Assembly: GCF_036971445.1 (NCBI RefSeq) | Contig: NC_091471.1 | Coordinates: forward strand, 327,422,001 to 327,486,000 | DNA: 64,000 nt | From: Narcine bancroftii | Lineage: Eukaryota | Direction: 5' to 3' | Shown here: in pieces, positions 61,977 through 64,000 of the stretch | Layout of the letters: the number at the start of each line of letters is the position of its first letter | How positions within the stretch are numbered: position 1 is the stretch's first letter | The notes under the pieces: generated by a model | Databases searched by the model: none | What the model was told of the DNA's origin: nothing | Seen by the model: the letters and a program-made list of their open reading frames with translations, nothing else | Translations under genes and position numbers: made by a program

Positions 61977-62215
61977 GGCACGGTTGGCGCAGTCGTCAGT
62001 GCCGGCGATCAGGACTGGACCTCGGTTCGAATCCCGTGCTGTCTGTAAGGAGTTTATACATTCTCCCTGTGTCTGCGTGGGTTTTTTCTCCGGAGGCTCT
62101 GGTTTCTCCCACCCTCAAAACAAAAGTATCAGAGTGCAAGTTAATGGGGTGTAAGTTGGGCGCACGGACTCGTAGGGCCGAATTGGCCTGTAACCATGCT
62201 TTAAGTCTAATTTAA
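61977..62215 (+). mobile_element. tRNA-derived V-SINE (HE1-like); further copies near 28275 +, 42321 +, 43030 +, 43935 -, 51745 -, 58470 -, 59060 +, 60700 +
   Basis: A-box-like GGTTGGCGCAGT, B-box GGTTCGAATCCC, and core CTGTCTGTAAGGAGTTT...TTCTCCCTGTGTCTGCGTGGGTTT. Confidence 0.75.
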
Positions 62216-64000
62216 AATTTAAATTAAATGTTGTATATCCTTCTATTCCCCACACACTCTCATTTCATCTGGAAGCCACTTAAGCACTACTACTGTATTG
62301 TATCTGTTTCCACTACTACCCATTCCAGGCACACACCACTCATAACCTTGCTCTCCAATGACCCTCTCCCATCTTAAATGCATGTCCACCAGCATGTATT
62401 GCTCTTGCCTCAGGGAAAAGATTCTGACTCCCCACCTAATCCATGCCCCTGCATAATTTTATAAACTTCAATCGGGTCACATTTCAAGTTTGGCCAACCC
62501 CACGCCCTCCAGTAGCTCACACCATTGAATCCAGGTAAAATCCTTTACAAAGGTCATAAGACCCTGGTCCACACCCCACTTGGAGTCCTGTGCGCAGTTC
62601 TGGTCGCTTTCACTACCAGAAGGATGTGGAAGCCATAGAAAGGGTGCAGTGCAGACTTACAAATATGTTGCCTGGATTAGAGAGCAGGCCTTGTGAAAAC
62701 AGATTGAGTGAACTTGGCCTTTTCTCCTCTGAGCAGCGGGGGATGAGAGGTGACCCGATAGAGGTGTTTAAGAGGCATTGACCGTGTGGATCATCAGAGG
62801 CTTTTTCCCCGGGACTGAACTGGTTGCTACAAGAGGACAGAGGTTTAAGGTGCTGGGAAGTAGGCACAGAGGAAATATCGGGGGTAAGGATTTTTTACAC
62901 AGAGTGGTTGGTACATAGAATGGACTCTGGCAGAGGTGGTGGAGGTGGATATGTTAGGGTCCTTTGAGACTTCGACAGGTCCATGGAGCTCATTAGTAAT
63001 TCCTACAGTAGGGATAACTTTGTGGGCCAAAGGCCTGTATTGTTCTGTAGATTTTCTATGATTCTAAAATCTCCATATCCTTCCCGCAATAGGAGCGACC
63101 AGAATTCTACGCAATACTCCAATCCGGAAACCTCGAGTCTTCTGATGAAATAGTTAAATTTTTCGACTTGGGCGTCAATCATTCACAAATGATCTTAGTG
63201 AATGTCAGTTGGACATTTAGTAATGAGGCTCTCTGGAGTGGATGAGGTTTGTCACCTGCCTGGTCTTGCCAATTGGCCTTGCGCCTGTCTTTTTCCTTTT
63301 GCAGAAAGTCCCTGCGAAGCAGCATGTTTGTTGTCAGGCAAATAGATTACAGTGGGATGGTGAGTTGAACTCAGCCAGTCTCGCAGTGTCCATGGGAGGT
63401 AAAGATAGATAACTGACATTTTGGGACTTAAAGGACTCAGGCCAGAAAAGTCAGTAATAAATCTATTTCCAATGGATGCTGCAAGACTGACTGAGTTCCT
63501 CCAGCATTTCTGTGATTTGAGTGCAATCACTGCGTCTGCAGACTTCTGTGTTTTATACCCAAGCCTGGGACTCTTCAGTGTTCCTGGCAGCAGGGGAAAC
63601 TGCGTGTCCCGAAACCTCAGCAGCATCTGAGAGGCAAGGCAGGCCAGAGTCCCAAATTCCAACTCCGCAGGCCCTTGCCACTGGTTCCCGCTGATTTCTT
63701 AGCAAGGGCGTTCTGCTAAACTTGCCCATTTGAGTCGTCCCTGTGTACAACTCCGGGCCAACTCGCCAGGGAGAGGAAAGCGGCAGAGGCTTAAAAGGTC
63801 ATTGGTGAGATTGGTGGGGGCAGGAAAGGTTCAGAGGGGTGCAGGCTTAGCGCAGGGAGATGGGGCTCGCTCAGACAGGCTGGTGAGTTAGCATGGATGA
63901 TGGGGCCGAAAGGCCTGTCTCTGCATTGTAGGTGCAGACCACTTGGTCCCTTGCACCAAACCATGCCCTGCCATCCAGTGGAGATTCCGAGGAGGGATCT

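Larger units (their letters stand above)
56245..63359 (+). other. Putative 5' exons of an unidentified + strand gene (56245-56263, 56784-56852, about 59403-59591, 63305-63359)
   Basis: Non-repetitive segments downstream of the CpG island bounded by polypyrimidine-AG acceptors and GTAAGT/GTGAGT donors (the 59.4-kb segment has a weak donor). No recognisable protein. Confidence 0.45.

Noticed and set aside
61977-62045. Possible tRNA gene
   Set aside because: The A/B-box head runs straight into a SINE core, no cloverleaf is evident, and many dispersed decayed copies exist.

Overview
Vertebrate genomic DNA, most likely a cartilaginous fish (inferred from HE1/V-SINE-type SINEs, CR1, Rex/Babar and Penelope fragments, and shark/ray-type satellites). 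It is GC-rich and repeat-dense, with a 200-N gap at 949-1148. Exons were traced by hand using GT-AG sites and reading-frame phase. Genes from left to right: (1) an unidentified multi-exon coding gene on the minus strand (ATG 4754, runs into the gap), head-to-head with (2) GPKOW (+, 11 coding exons, 5942-15364), whose introns carry large G-rich minisatellites; (3) a SIT1/TRAT1-family transmembrane immune adaptor gene (+, 6 coding exons, 28025-45296, about 205 aa) that is only partly visible in the ORF track; (4) TSR2 (-, 5 exons, 53306-48627); (5) a CpG island with triplicated ZNF143-type promoter modules and probable 5' exons of a further + strand gene. Two full-length but disrupted LINE-1 copies with target-site duplications lie in opposite orientations (17848-23701 +, 35792-41834 -). 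The long ORFs at 6.3-14 kb are minisatellite artefacts.
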